The notes under the pieces are model-generated. The model did no database searches. It saw nothing but the letters and a program-made list of their open reading frames with translations, and had not been told where the DNA came from. Positions 1 through 9,810 of a stretch of DNA of 64,000 nucleotides are shown in pieces (positions within the stretch are counted from its first letter, which is position 1; each line of letters begins with the position of its first letter). The stretch is from Promethearchaeota archaeon Loki_b32 (lineage in GTDB: Archaea > Asgardarchaeota > Lokiarchaeia > Sigyniarchaeales > SOKP01), in contig NJBH01000016.1 in the NCBI GenBank assembly GCA_005223125.1, positions 24,022 to 88,021 on the forward strand, written 5' to 3'. A program made the position numbers and the translations under genes.

Positions 1-2324
1 GGGTTAATTTCTTTTGCTTTTAATGCATTTTTAATAGCTTCACTACAACACATTCTACTACAATAAGGATTCTCTTCATTTCTTGAACCAACACACTGGA
101 TCATTACAACTGATTTTAGATCATTAATTTTTTCTTCTTCAGTAAAAAGAATTTTCTCAAATTCTGATTGCAAAATAACTCGTTTATCTTTGCTAAACAA
201 AAATTCACTATTTTTAGGTTGATATTCATGAGCTCCCGTAGCAACTATAATAATACCGTGCTGGAATTCTTTCTCTTGTTTCTCTTTACCATAAGTAATT
301 TTAGTAGTAAAGTTGCAAACATAGCCACCTATTGAGCTAATTCTAGCGTTTAGAAATATGTTAATAAGTTTATGTTCATTAACTTTATTAATTAAATCTT
401 TAAGAAATTCTTGAACGTTATAATTTTCTATAGTTTGATAAATATTATTAGAAAAACCCCCTAAATTTTCACTTTTCTCTACCAGGAACACTTCAAATCC
501 TTGATTTGCCAGATTCAAAGCTGCTGTCATTCCTGCAACACCTCCGCCAACTATCATTCCCTTGTGAATTACTTCTACTTGTTGTTCTTGAAGAGGAACT
601 AATTTTCGAGCTTTTGCAACAGCCATTCTCACTAAATCCTTCGCTTTTTCTGTAGCTTCCTCGGGTTCATGCATATGTACCCATGAGCATTGATCCCGTA
701 TATTTGCTAAATCGAAGAGATATTTGTTCAAACCTGCCTCTCTAATGGTCGCTTGAAACAATGGTTCATGAGTTCTTGGTGTACATGAAGCAACTATTAC
801 TCTATTTAAATTAAACTCTTTGATTTTTTCTTTAATATTAGTTTGGGTATCAGCAGAGCATGTATACAAATTTCTTTCTGAATATATTACATCTGGTAAT
901 TGATTTGCATATTCGACAACTTCAGGAACATCTACAACGCCTCCAATATTAATACCACAATGACATATGAAAACACCGATGCGAGGTGGTTCTCCACTTA
1001 TATCAATTTCTTTTGGTAATTCTTTTTCCGTGATTAAAGTGTTCCTAACATCAGATAAAAGAATATTGACAGCACCTGCGGCAGCACTCGCCTCTACAAC
1101 TGTTTCTGGAATATCTTTAGGTTCTGAAATCATACCACATACATAAATTCCTTCTCTTGACGATTCTACAGGGGAGAATGGTTTTGTCTTACAAAAATCA
1201 TAACCATTCAATTCAATGTTTAATTTTTTTGCCAACTCTTTTGTACTATGATTTGGTAAAGCTCCTACCGCTAAAACAACTAGATTAAAAATTTCACTAA
1301 CTATCTTTCCTTCTTCATTTTCAAAATGAAGAATTAGATCTTTCGTCTCTGATATTTCCTTAATATCAGATATTCTGCTTCTAATATATCTTATACCATA
1401 CTCATCTTGAGCACGTTCAATATATTTATCAAAATCTTTTCCAACAGCTCTCACATCCATTGAGAAAATCGTGGGATCAATGATTTCCATATGTTCTTTC
1501 GCAATTACAGCTTCTTTAGCGGTATACATACAACAAACTGAAGAACAATATTCTGCACCACGCTTTTTGTCTCTTGAACCAACACATTGCAAAAATGCTA
1601 TTTTTCTTGGGATAATTCCATCTGAAGGCCGAAGAATAATTCCCGAATGTGGACCACTTGCACTTAATATTCGCTCAAATTCAATACTAGTAACAACATT
1701 CAAATATTTACTATACCCATATTGCTGGATAATACTAGGGTCATATTCATCAAAACCTATTGCTAAAATAATAGCTCCAACATTTAGAGTAGTGAATTTA
1801 TCCTCAAGAGTATAATCAATGGCTTTAGCTTTACAGACACCTTTACAAAAACCACATCCGATGCATATATCCTGATCAATTGAAAAAACTAAAGGAACTG
1901 CTTGTGGGAATTTAACTGATATAGCGGCTCTATTTGAAAGCCCCTCATTAAAAAAATCGATAGCCTCTACAGGACATTCTTGGGCACATACTCCACAGCC
2001 AGTACATTTTTCTTGATCCAATAATAAAGAATTTTGTTTCAACTCAACAGTAAAATTACCGGGATTTCCATCAATTTTTTCTAAATTTGTATTAATCAAA
2101 AGTGTAATATTTTCATGACGTCCAGCAGCAACCAATTTAGGAGCGAGAATACATATAGAACAATCATTCGTAGGAAAAGTTTTATCTAATTGAGACATAA
2201 CACCTCCTATACTCATTGATGATTCAACTAAATAAACTTTATAGCCAGAATCTGCTAAATCCATTGAAGCTTGGATACCTGCTATTCCTCCACCTATTAC
2301 TAGAACTGAACCAATTTTTTCCAT
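1..2324 (-). CDS. hdrA: Large fused HdrA-like FAD/Fe-S protein, 3' end runs off the window
   Basis: Not in the ORF track because it has no stop in the window. Read manually from ATG at 2324: MEKIGSVLVIGGGIAGIQASMDLADSG, later GAEYCSSVCCMYTAKEA, then in the same frame PPRIGVFICHCG and a second GGGVAG FAD motif. Confidence 0.9.
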   Translation of the reverse strand, partial: MEKIGSVLVIGGGIAGIQASMDLADSGYKVYLVESSMSIGGVMSQLDKTFPTNDCSICILAPKLVAAGRHENITLLINTNLEKIDGNPGNFTVELKQNSLLLDQEKCTGCGVCAQECPVEAIDFFNEGLSNRAAISVKFPQAVPLVFSIDQDICIGCGFCKGVCKAKAIDYTLEDKFTTLNVGAIILAIGFDEYDPSIIQQYGYSKYLNVVTSIEFERILSASGPHSGIILRPSDGIIPRKIAFLQCVGSRDKKRGAEYCSSVCCMYTAKEAVIAKEHMEIIDPTIFSMDVRAVGKDFDKYIERAQDEYGIRYIRSRISDIKEISETKDLILHFENEEGKIVSEIFNLVVLAVGALPNHSTKELAKKLNIELNGYDFCKTKPFSPVESSREGIYVCGMISEPKDIPETVVEASAAAGAVNILLSDVRNTLITEKELPKEIDISGEPPRIGVFICHCGINIGGVVDVPEVVEYANQLPDVIYSERNLYTCSADTQTNIKEKIKEFNLNRVIVASCTPRTHEPLFQATIREAGLNKYLFDLANIRDQCSWVHMHEPEEATEKAKDLVRMAVAKARKLVPLQEQQVEVIHKGMIVGGGVAGMTAALNLANQGFEVFLVEKSENLGGFSNNIYQTIENYNVQEFLKDLINKVNEHKLINIFLNARISSIGGYVCNFTTKITYGKEKQEKEFQHGIIIVATGAHEYQPKNSEFLFSKDKRVILQSEFEKILFTEEEKINDLKSVVMIQCVGSRNEENPYCSRMCCSEAIKNALKAKEIN

Positions 2325-2326
2325 CT

Positions 2327-3097
2327 TTAAACCTCTTTAATCGATTTAAAAGTGGGAATTTCTTCATTTATTTGATCAACATCAACTAAACCTCGAGCTC
2401 GAAGAGTAACAATATGATGCAATACCTTATGAGGTTCAACCTCAATTTCCTTTGCAATATCAGGAACAGATTTACCCTCTTTTTTAATTTTTTCTATAAT
2501 TTTATGTCGAATGATTTCATTTTCAATAGCATTATCAAGTATTTCCTCAAATTCTTCTGTTGGAATTATTTCGCCATATACATTCCCCTCTGTTGTTAAT
2601 TCTCTTTGCCTAGCAACTAAAGCTCTTAACCTTGTATCACATAGAGCAAATTTGACAGCATTTAGATTGTCAATTATTTCTTTTTTTATCTTTTTATTTT
2701 TAACAGGAGATGGTCCCAATTTACGAATATGCTCAGTAAAATCACGGACTATTTGAGCGAATCTATTTCCTTCTGCAGCAGAAACCCAATCAAGTCGTAC
2801 TCGATCAGAGAAGCTTATCATAGATAAAGTTTTACTTAACATTTTCATTTTTAATTCTGCTTCATAATTACCACTTATATAATGGCAATCTCCTAAATGG
2901 CATCCTAAAACAAGTACTCCATCAATACCATTCATAAATGCTTCAGCGATAAATACAGGATCAACTCTTCCCGAACACATAACACGAATAACTCTGACAT
3001 TCGTTGGATATTGGATTCGACTAACACCTGCTAAGTCTGCTCCTGCATAAGAGCACCAATTACATAAAAATCCCAAAATTTTTGGTTCAAATACCAT
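2327..3097 (-). CDS. mvhD: MvhD/FlpD [2Fe-2S] subunit with C-terminal winged-helix-like extension
   Basis: GFLCNWCSYAGAD, RVMCSGRVD and GCHLGDCHY motifs; extra ~120 aa ending in an HTH-like segment (KSVPDIAKEIEVEPHKVLHHIVTLRARGLV). Confidence 0.9.
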   Translation of the reverse strand: MVFEPKILGFLCNWCSYAGADLAGVSRIQYPTNVRVIRVMCSGRVDPVFIAEAFMNGIDGVLVLGCHLGDCHYISGNYEAELKMKMLSKTLSMISFSDRVRLDWVSAAEGNRFAQIVRDFTEHIRKLGPSPVKNKKIKKEIIDNLNAVKFALCDTRLRALVARQRELTTEGNVYGEIIPTEEFEEILDNAIENEIIRHKIIEKIKKEGKSVPDIAKEIEVEPHKVLHHIVTLRARGLVDVDQINEEIPTFKSIKEV

Positions 3098-3100
3098 TTA

Positions 3101-4765
3101 TTATCCACCTCCATAAGTTACAATTTCAGCAGTTATTTGATCACTAGTAAAGTGGTGTATGGTTATTGCATTTTGCGGACAACTAGCGCCACATACTCCA
3201 CACCCTTTACAAACAACCTTATTAACTACTACAGTATCTGTTTCTTCATCTCTAGATATTGCACTATAGGGACAAATCTTAATACATGCTTCACATCCCA
3301 CACATAAATCTGTATTAATTTCGGCTGTAGAACCTTCTACTTCTAGCATTTCTTTCGAGATTATTGTACTTGCTCTAGAAGCTGCCGCATTTGATTGTGA
3401 TATAGATTCTGATATATCTGCGGGCCAATGAGCTGAACCACATACAAATATACCATCAGTAGCAAAATCAACGGGTCTCAATTTCACATGAGCTTCTAAA
3501 AAGAAGTTATTCTCCTCTAACGGAACTTTTAACATTTTAGCTAATTGCTCTGAATCTTCATTTGCAATAAGTGGCATTGATAATACCAATAGATCATATG
3601 GAACTCCAATACCTTGATTCATAAATTCATTATAAACTTCAATATGATCTTTCTTAATAATTGGAGGTTTTTCTGGCAAATAATTTATAAATAATATTCC
3701 CATCTCTCTTGCTCTTCTATAATATTCCTCATAGGCAACACCCTGAGTTTGTAAATCTCTAAATATTATAGTAACATTAGCATCTGGATTTTGCTCTTTG
3801 AGTAAGATTGCATTTTTAAGAGCAGTCATACAACAAATATTCGAACAATATTTTCGTTCTTCATTTCTACAACCAACACATTGAATCATAGTTATGTTGT
3901 TGGTGTTGATTGAATTCTCTTTTAATAGTCCCTCTAATTCTAATTGACTTATTATATTTTTTCCATTATAATTATAATAACCTTCTGGTGATAAAGCTTT
4001 CGCCCCTGTAGCAACAATAATTGCACCTGCTTCAATTTCAATTATTTTTTTATTTTGGAGAATAATTACTTTAAAATTTCCTACATATCCTTCAATTTTT
4101 TCTATTACAGCAGATTTATATACATCTATTTTTTTATGGTTCTCTACTAAATTTCTTGTTTCTAATAAATTTGAAGCATCTTCATTAGTAGGATATACCT
4201 TATTCAGATATCTGAGTAATCCTCCTAATTCAGAGTCCTTTTCTATTAAACTTACTTTAAAGTTTTGGTTTGCTAGATTTAAAGCAGCGTTCATTCCTGC
4301 GATCCCTCCACCTATTACTATAGCAGAAGGTATCACACTAACTTGCATTTTTTCTAATGATTCTAATAGGGCAGCCTTATAAACTCCCATTCTAATGAGA
4401 TCTTTGGCTTTTTCGGTGCCTTTTTCTGGTTCTTTCATATGAACCCAAGAATCTTGATCTCGAATATTTACCATTTCAAATAAATAAGGATTTAAACCAG
4501 CTTCTTGACAAGTTGATCTAAATAAAGGTTCATGGGTTCGAGGAGAACATGATGCTACAATAACACGATTTAAATTATGTTCTTTTATATTTTCTCTGAT
4601 CTCACTTAATCCCACTTCTGAACATGTATAAAGGTTAGCAGCACTATACACTACATTTGGTAAAGTCTTGGTATATTCTGTTAACTCAGGAATATCTAAA
4701 ACACCGCCTATATTAGTACCACAATGACAAATAAAAACTCCAATTCTAATAGCTTCATCCGACAT
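3101..4765 (-). CDS. hdrA: HdrA-like subunit (corresponds to the C-terminal half of the fused HdrA)
   Basis: IGVFICHCGTNIGG, GGGIAG FAD motif, YCSNICCM, two C-terminal CxxCxxCxxxCP ferredoxin motifs. Confidence 0.9.
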   Translation of the reverse strand: MSDEAIRIGVFICHCGTNIGGVLDIPELTEYTKTLPNVVYSAANLYTCSEVGLSEIRENIKEHNLNRVIVASCSPRTHEPLFRSTCQEAGLNPYLFEMVNIRDQDSWVHMKEPEKGTEKAKDLIRMGVYKAALLESLEKMQVSVIPSAIVIGGGIAGMNAALNLANQNFKVSLIEKDSELGGLLRYLNKVYPTNEDASNLLETRNLVENHKKIDVYKSAVIEKIEGYVGNFKVIILQNKKIIEIEAGAIIVATGAKALSPEGYYNYNGKNIISQLELEGLLKENSINTNNITMIQCVGCRNEERKYCSNICCMTALKNAILLKEQNPDANVTIIFRDLQTQGVAYEEYYRRAREMGILFINYLPEKPPIIKKDHIEVYNEFMNQGIGVPYDLLVLSMPLIANEDSEQLAKMLKVPLEENNFFLEAHVKLRPVDFATDGIFVCGSAHWPADISESISQSNAAASRASTIISKEMLEVEGSTAEINTDLCVGCEACIKICPYSAISRDEETDTVVVNKVVCKGCGVCGASCPQNAITIHHFTSDQITAEIVTYGGG

Positions 4766-4770
4766 TTTTT

Positions 4771-6066
4771 TTATCCCCTCATTACTATTTCAGCAGCTTT
4801 AGCGGCTGCTCCACTTGCATCAACAACTGAACTTGGAATATCCATTGGTTCTCTACAAGCACCGCAGAGAAATATTCCTTCTTTAGAGGATATTTGTGGT
4901 TGGTAACTATTTGCTTTGAAAAAGTTAAAATCATTTATTTTAATTCCAAGAATTTTAGCTAAATTTCCGGCATCTTTTTTAGGTATCATACTAGTAGCTA
5001 AAATTACTAAGTCAAATTTAAGTTGTTTAACTTGTGAAGTAGTAATATCTTCATAAACAATAAGAGGATTTTTCTGGTCATCTTCTAATATCTTCGCTAC
5101 CTTTCCTTTAATGTATTTAATAGCATAATCATCGCATCCCCTTTGAATATATTCTCGAAAACCTTTGCCAGCGGCTCTAAGATCAATATAGAATATTGAA
5201 GTATCTATTTCATTGTCATGCTCATAGGCGATCATTGCTTCTTTAGTGGTATACATACAACAACAAGATGAACAATATGGATTGTTTTTTATATCCCTTG
5301 AACCTACACAATTAATAAAAGCAAGTTTTTTAGGGTCATTTTTATCTGAGGGTCTCTTCAAATGACCATCTAAAGGTCCAGAAGCACAAATTAATCTTTC
5401 AAATTCTAAAGCAGTAACAACATTGGGATATCGTCCATATCCTAAAGATCCAAGAGTTTTTGGATCAAATATATCATAACCTGTTGCCACGATGATTGAA
5501 CCTACGTTTAATTCTAATTCTTCATCCTTTTGGTCGAAATCGATTGCTTCTCTCTCACATACTTTTTCACAAATCCTACAAGCATCTTTTGTGAAAAGTA
5601 AGCAGTTTTTTCTATCTATTCTCATTATTGATGGAACTCCCTGAACATAATCGATATATATTGCTCTACGCTTCCTTAATTTCATATCAAATTCATCATC
5701 TACCCTCATTGGGCATTTTTCTATACATAGTCCACAATTTATGCATTCATCTTCTTTTACATATCTTGCTTTCTTGAATATTTTCACATTGAAATTCCTT
5801 GGTTGGCCTGACAAGTTCTTTACTTCTGAAAGAGTATGTAAAGTAATATTTGGATGTCGAGAACACTCTGCAAGCTTAGGAGCTAAAATACAGATAGAAC
5901 AGTCATTAGTAGGGAATGTTTTATCAAGCTGAGCCATCCTTCCACCAATGCAGGCATTTTTCTCAATTAATTCGACTTTTATACCTCTTTCCGCCAAATC
6001 TAAGGATGCTTGAATCCCTGCGATTCCTCCCCCAATAACCATTACTCTTTTTAAATTTTTACTCAA
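4771..6066 (-). CDS. hdrA: HdrA-like subunit (corresponds to the N-terminal half of the fused HdrA)
   Basis: VIGGGIAG, LDKTFPTNDCSICI, ferredoxin insert, YCSSCCCMY. Confidence 0.9.
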   Translation of the reverse strand: MSKNLKRVMVIGGGIAGIQASLDLAERGIKVELIEKNACIGGRMAQLDKTFPTNDCSICILAPKLAECSRHPNITLHTLSEVKNLSGQPRNFNVKIFKKARYVKEDECINCGLCIEKCPMRVDDEFDMKLRKRRAIYIDYVQGVPSIMRIDRKNCLLFTKDACRICEKVCEREAIDFDQKDEELELNVGSIIVATGYDIFDPKTLGSLGYGRYPNVVTALEFERLICASGPLDGHLKRPSDKNDPKKLAFINCVGSRDIKNNPYCSSCCCMYTTKEAMIAYEHDNEIDTSIFYIDLRAAGKGFREYIQRGCDDYAIKYIKGKVAKILEDDQKNPLIVYEDITTSQVKQLKFDLVILATSMIPKKDAGNLAKILGIKINDFNFFKANSYQPQISSKEGIFLCGACREPMDIPSSVVDASGAAAKAAEIVMRG

Positions 6067-6086
6067 ATTAGATCATCCTCCATATC

Positions 6087-6956
6087 TTAAGGAATTTTTT
6101 GTAGGATCTCATTCACTTTGATCCTATGGAAATTTAATCCAAGGTCCTCTGTTTTTATTCCTAAAGCTAAAGCAATTAACTCGGTTATGTAAAAAACAGG
6201 AAAATTATAGTCAGTATTTTTATTTTTATTTATTTCTCTCTGATTAAAATCAAATTGCTGATAACAAGCGGGACAGACACAGACAATACAATCTGCTCCT
6301 GCTTCTTTCATGCTTTTAAGTTTGCTCTCTAACATACTTAGGGAGATCTCTTTATCAGATTTTTCTACTGGATTTCCACAGCAATCGTTCTTCATATCAT
6401 ACTCAATAGGATCTGCTCCAATTGCTTCTATTAATTCATCTAAAGTTTTAGGATTAAGTGGATCATCCCAATTAATTATTTCAGATGGACGTAAATAATG
6501 ACAACCTGGGTGACCAGCGACTTTTAGATCTTTTAATGGTTTTTCAACCTTTTCTTTAATTTTTTCCATATTTTCATGTAATACTTCAGCAAAATGTTTA
6601 ATATAAATATCTCCTTTATAAGTTTTTCCTATTACTTTTAATTTCAAATTAATTTCATTTTTCTTCTCATCATCATTATCTAAAATATGTTTAACCATTT
6701 TGAGAGACTCTGTACATCCAGAACAGAGGCTTAATATATTGTTGTTACTTTCTTCAAAAAGACATAAATTCCTTGCTCCTAAGGCTAAGAATGTTTCATG
6801 ATCCAATTGAGCTGCTCCAGTAGGATCTGGACAACACGAACATTTAGCTTGATCTCCGACTTTTATACCAATTTTTTCAAATGTTCTGCGCGCTGATGCT
6901 TCCAAAAATGGAAGCCTACCGGGAATAACACAACCTAAAAAGTAGTTATAAGACAT
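6087..6956 (-). CDS. hdrB: Heterodisulfide reductase subunit B
   Basis: Two CCG-type domains (FLGC..CSCCP..CSGC and HPGCHY..DCCG..CPACYQQFD). Confidence 0.93.
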   Translation of the reverse strand: MSYNYFLGCVIPGRLPFLEASARRTFEKIGIKVGDQAKCSCCPDPTGAAQLDHETFLALGARNLCLFEESNNNILSLCSGCTESLKMVKHILDNDDEKKNEINLKLKVIGKTYKGDIYIKHFAEVLHENMEKIKEKVEKPLKDLKVAGHPGCHYLRPSEIINWDDPLNPKTLDELIEAIGADPIEYDMKNDCCGNPVEKSDKEISLSMLESKLKSMKEAGADCIVCVCPACYQQFDFNQREINKNKNTDYNFPVFYITELIALALGIKTEDLGLNFHRIKVNEILQKIP

Positions 6957-6957
6957 T

Positions 6958-7464
6958 TTATTTACTTTCCTCTAATATTTTTATTTTTTTTTCAAAATCA
7001 GTAGCATCTAACAATTTTTTTAACTCACTAATATCAGCAGATTCTACATTCGGAAGTCCCAATTGATCTCTTCTACGAATGATTGGTTGTGTTAGTGGAA
7101 TTGCTAACCCATTTTCTATTATACTTTTTGCTTGCATTTTAAAAGTCTCAGGATAAGGTTCTCCTAATAAAACAATCTTATTTTTAATTCTCTCAAAAAT
7201 TTCTGTTAAAAAAACGTTTTGGGGGCATTCTTCTACACACATCTGACAAGTACAACATAACCATACATTAGGTTTTTGATCTTTTAATAGCAAGTCTTTA
7301 AGCCCTAAAAGCGATTGTTCGATAATTTTTCGAGGATTATATTCACCATTAGTGATAAAAGCGACAGGACATGAGCTAGAACAAGTTCCACATTGATAAC
7401 AATAATTTAATGAAAAATCGTCCTTTATAAGCTCTTTTCGAAATTCAAAATCAACCATTTGCAT
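6958..7464 (-). CDS. hdrC: Heterodisulfide reductase subunit C
   Basis: CYQCGTCSSSCP and WLCCTCQMCVEECPQ; adjacent to hdrB. Confidence 0.92.
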   Translation of the reverse strand: MQMVDFEFRKELIKDDFSLNYCYQCGTCSSSCPVAFITNGEYNPRKIIEQSLLGLKDLLLKDQKPNVWLCCTCQMCVEECPQNVFLTEIFERIKNKIVLLGEPYPETFKMQAKSIIENGLAIPLTQPIIRRRDQLGLPNVESADISELKKLLDATDFEKKIKILEESK

Positions 7465-7651
7465 AATTTTTTAGCCCATACGCGATATGTTTTAGATTGT
7501 AATTTTCTATTTTATAAATATTGATATTTTTAATAATATATTCATTATATTTTTAAGGATTACATTAATTTTTTCCAATATTATAATTATTATTAGAAAA
7601 TATTATAAAATTATTAATTAACTTTTGAAAAAATAGCAATGGTAAATTTGT

Positions 7652-8782
7652 ATGGCTGAAGATCCTACAGCAAAAATAAGTGATATCAAGCCTAAATCTT
7701 TTGAAGATCTCATTAAAAATGTTCATGAAAAAGATATATGTGGAGAATGCGGGGGCTGTGTAAGCTTTTGCACCGCAGCAGATATAGGAGCAATCGAAAT
7801 GACTGAAGATGGACCACCTCATTATTCTAATGAAGAAAATTGTTTACATTGTGGAATTTGCTATTTAATTTGTCCTGAAACTTTTGAATTGGATAATGAA
7901 TTAAATATTAAATATGATTTTAAACCTCCAATTGGAAATTGGCTTAAAATTGTAACAGCTCAAGCGAAAGATCCAAAAATTCGAGAAATAGCTACTGATG
8001 GGGGCGTTGTTACAGCTATTTTAATTGCTCTTTTTGAAAATAATTTAATAAATGGCGCACTTATTTCAAAACGAGTTAGCTCTTTTCAGAGAATATCTTT
8101 TTTTGCTAAAAGTAGGGAAGAAATTCTTGAAGCAGCAGGAACTTATTATGATTTAAAAGGACCCGTTCCGGAATTAGGGAACTATAATACTTTTGTTTCC
8201 ACTATTTCTGAATTAAAAAAAATTAATTATTCCGATTATATGAAAATTGCTGTTGTTGGAGTTCCCTGCCAGATTCACTCCATTAGAAAAATGCAAGAAC
8301 TAAATATTATTCCTGCTCATATTGTGAAGTATACTTTAGGTTTATTTTGCTATGAGAATTTTAAATTTGATGATGTTGCTAGAGCGAAAATAGAGGAGAG
8401 GTTCAACTTTTCTTTTAAGGACATTGAGAAGATAAATATAAAAGACAATTTGATAATTAATTTAAGAAATAAAGATACTCCCTTAAAAATACAATTTTCT
8501 GAACTTAGAGATATTATGAGACATGCATGTAGAGTATGTGAAAATTTTTCAAATTATTTTGCGGATATTTCTTTCGGAGGGTTGGGCTCTCAAACTGGTT
8601 ATACCACTGTTATGGTTAGGACAAAAACAGGAGAAAGAATTTATAATCTCGCTCAAAATAAAGGATATATTATTGAACCAAAGGATTTAAATAGTTCTGT
8701 AGAAAAATCAAAAATACTAGCACAAATTATTAGTTTTAGTAAAAAAAAGTTAAAAAGAACTGAAGAATTTGAAGTAAGATAA
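7652..8782 (+). CDS. FrhB/FdhB-family coenzyme F420-binding subunit with N-terminal ferredoxin
   Basis: CGECGGCVSFC and CLHCGICYLICP ferredoxin motifs; DGGVVTAIL, VGVPCQI, GLFCYENF, CRVC..ADISFG. Confidence 0.88.
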   Translation: MAEDPTAKISDIKPKSFEDLIKNVHEKDICGECGGCVSFCTAADIGAIEMTEDGPPHYSNEENCLHCGICYLICPETFELDNELNIKYDFKPPIGNWLKIVTAQAKDPKIREIATDGGVVTAILIALFENNLINGALISKRVSSFQRISFFAKSREEILEAAGTYYDLKGPVPELGNYNTFVSTISELKKINYSDYMKIAVVGVPCQIHSIRKMQELNIIPAHIVKYTLGLFCYENFKFDDVARAKIEERFNFSFKDIEKINIKDNLIINLRNKDTPLKIQFSELRDIMRHACRVCENFSNYFADISFGGLGSQTGYTTVMVRTKTGERIYNLAQNKGYIIEPKDLNSSVEKSKILAQIISFSKKKLKRTEEFEVR

Positions 8783-9104
8783 GTAATTTGAAACAATTAA
8801 AAGCTCAGTTCATAATAAGAAATACAAATATTTCAAATATTATTAGAAAGAAAATTTAGAAAATCTGATTTAAAACTTAAAGAATCAAGTGAAGACTAGC
8901 TAATTTAATTATAAATTATTATTCTCTAGTGTTTACGAAAAATTGAAATGAAAATAATTATTTTATTATATTTAAAGCATGAATTAACTATTAAAAATAT
9001 TAAAAAATAATAATAAATATAATATCCAAGTATATTATCCTTTAATTAAATAAAAAAGTAAAATCTAGTTAAACTCGCATTACTAAAAAATTGGTGAAAC
9101 AACA

Positions 9105-9785
9105 ATAAAGATACTGGTGTCTGGTCCATTACAATCGGGTAAATCGAGTTACATAAAAGCCTTAGATCCAAATGCTTTAAACGTTGAAGCGAAAGGAAAA
9201 GATGAGAAATTTTATACAGTTGGGATGGATCTTGGGAGTATAAAGCTAAACGGATTTGATTGTTATTTATTTGGTACTCCAGGGCTTTTAAGATTCTCTA
9301 TAATGCGTCGTATCGTCTCTACTGGTTCCGATGGATTAATATTTATTTTTGATGCTGCGGCTCCTGAAAAGGATGATAGTGCAATTGTAATATTAAATTC
9401 TATTAGAAAGATATTACCCCCTAATATTCCAACAGTTTTTATAGCAAATAAACAGGATATTGACGACGCTCGATCTCCAGATGTGATCCGTTCCCAAAAT
9501 TATTTACATAAAGATAATAAAATCTTCCCTACAAGCACTCAAACTGGATTAAATATAAAAGAATCTATTACTTATTTAGTAAATCATATATATGAAGAAT
9601 ATTCATCATTACTTAAAACTCTTCGAGTGTATGAGAATGATATTGAAGGATTAGCACAAGAACTAAAAAAAGATAAGATGCAAATGCGAGATTTATTAAA
9701 TAATTTAGAAATTAAACGATTTGTTGAATTAGATAGGATAAATAAGACTTATAAAGTAAGATCTGGCTTAAAATATTTAGTTTAA
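9105..9785 (+). CDS. Small GTPase (MglA/Arf-like) with C-terminal winged-helix-like tail; start probably upstream of the annotated GTG at 9117
   Basis: GPLQSGKSS (G1), TVGMD (G2), GTPG (G3), NKQD (G4). In-frame upstream codons supply the beta1 strand IKILVSG. Confidence 0.8.
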   Translation: MKILVSGPLQSGKSSYIKALDPNALNVEAKGKDEKFYTVGMDLGSIKLNGFDCYLFGTPGLLRFSIMRRIVSTGSDGLIFIFDAAAPEKDDSAIVILNSIRKILPPNIPTVFIANKQDIDDARSPDVIRSQNYLHKDNKIFPTSTQTGLNIKESITYLVNHIYEEYSSLLKTLRVYENDIEGLAQELKKDKMQMRDLLNNLEIKRFVELDRINKTYKVRSGLKYLV

Positions 9786-9810
9786 TTGCTTTTTTTAAGT
9801 TAAATACTTT

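Noticed and set aside
1-7464. Selenocysteine recoding or SECIS elements in hdrA/mvhD, known Lokiarchaeal selenoprotein families
   Set aside because: The relevant motifs are all Cys-encoded (CNWCSY, GCHLGDCHY, CSSVCCMY) and the frames are open without in-frame TGA.
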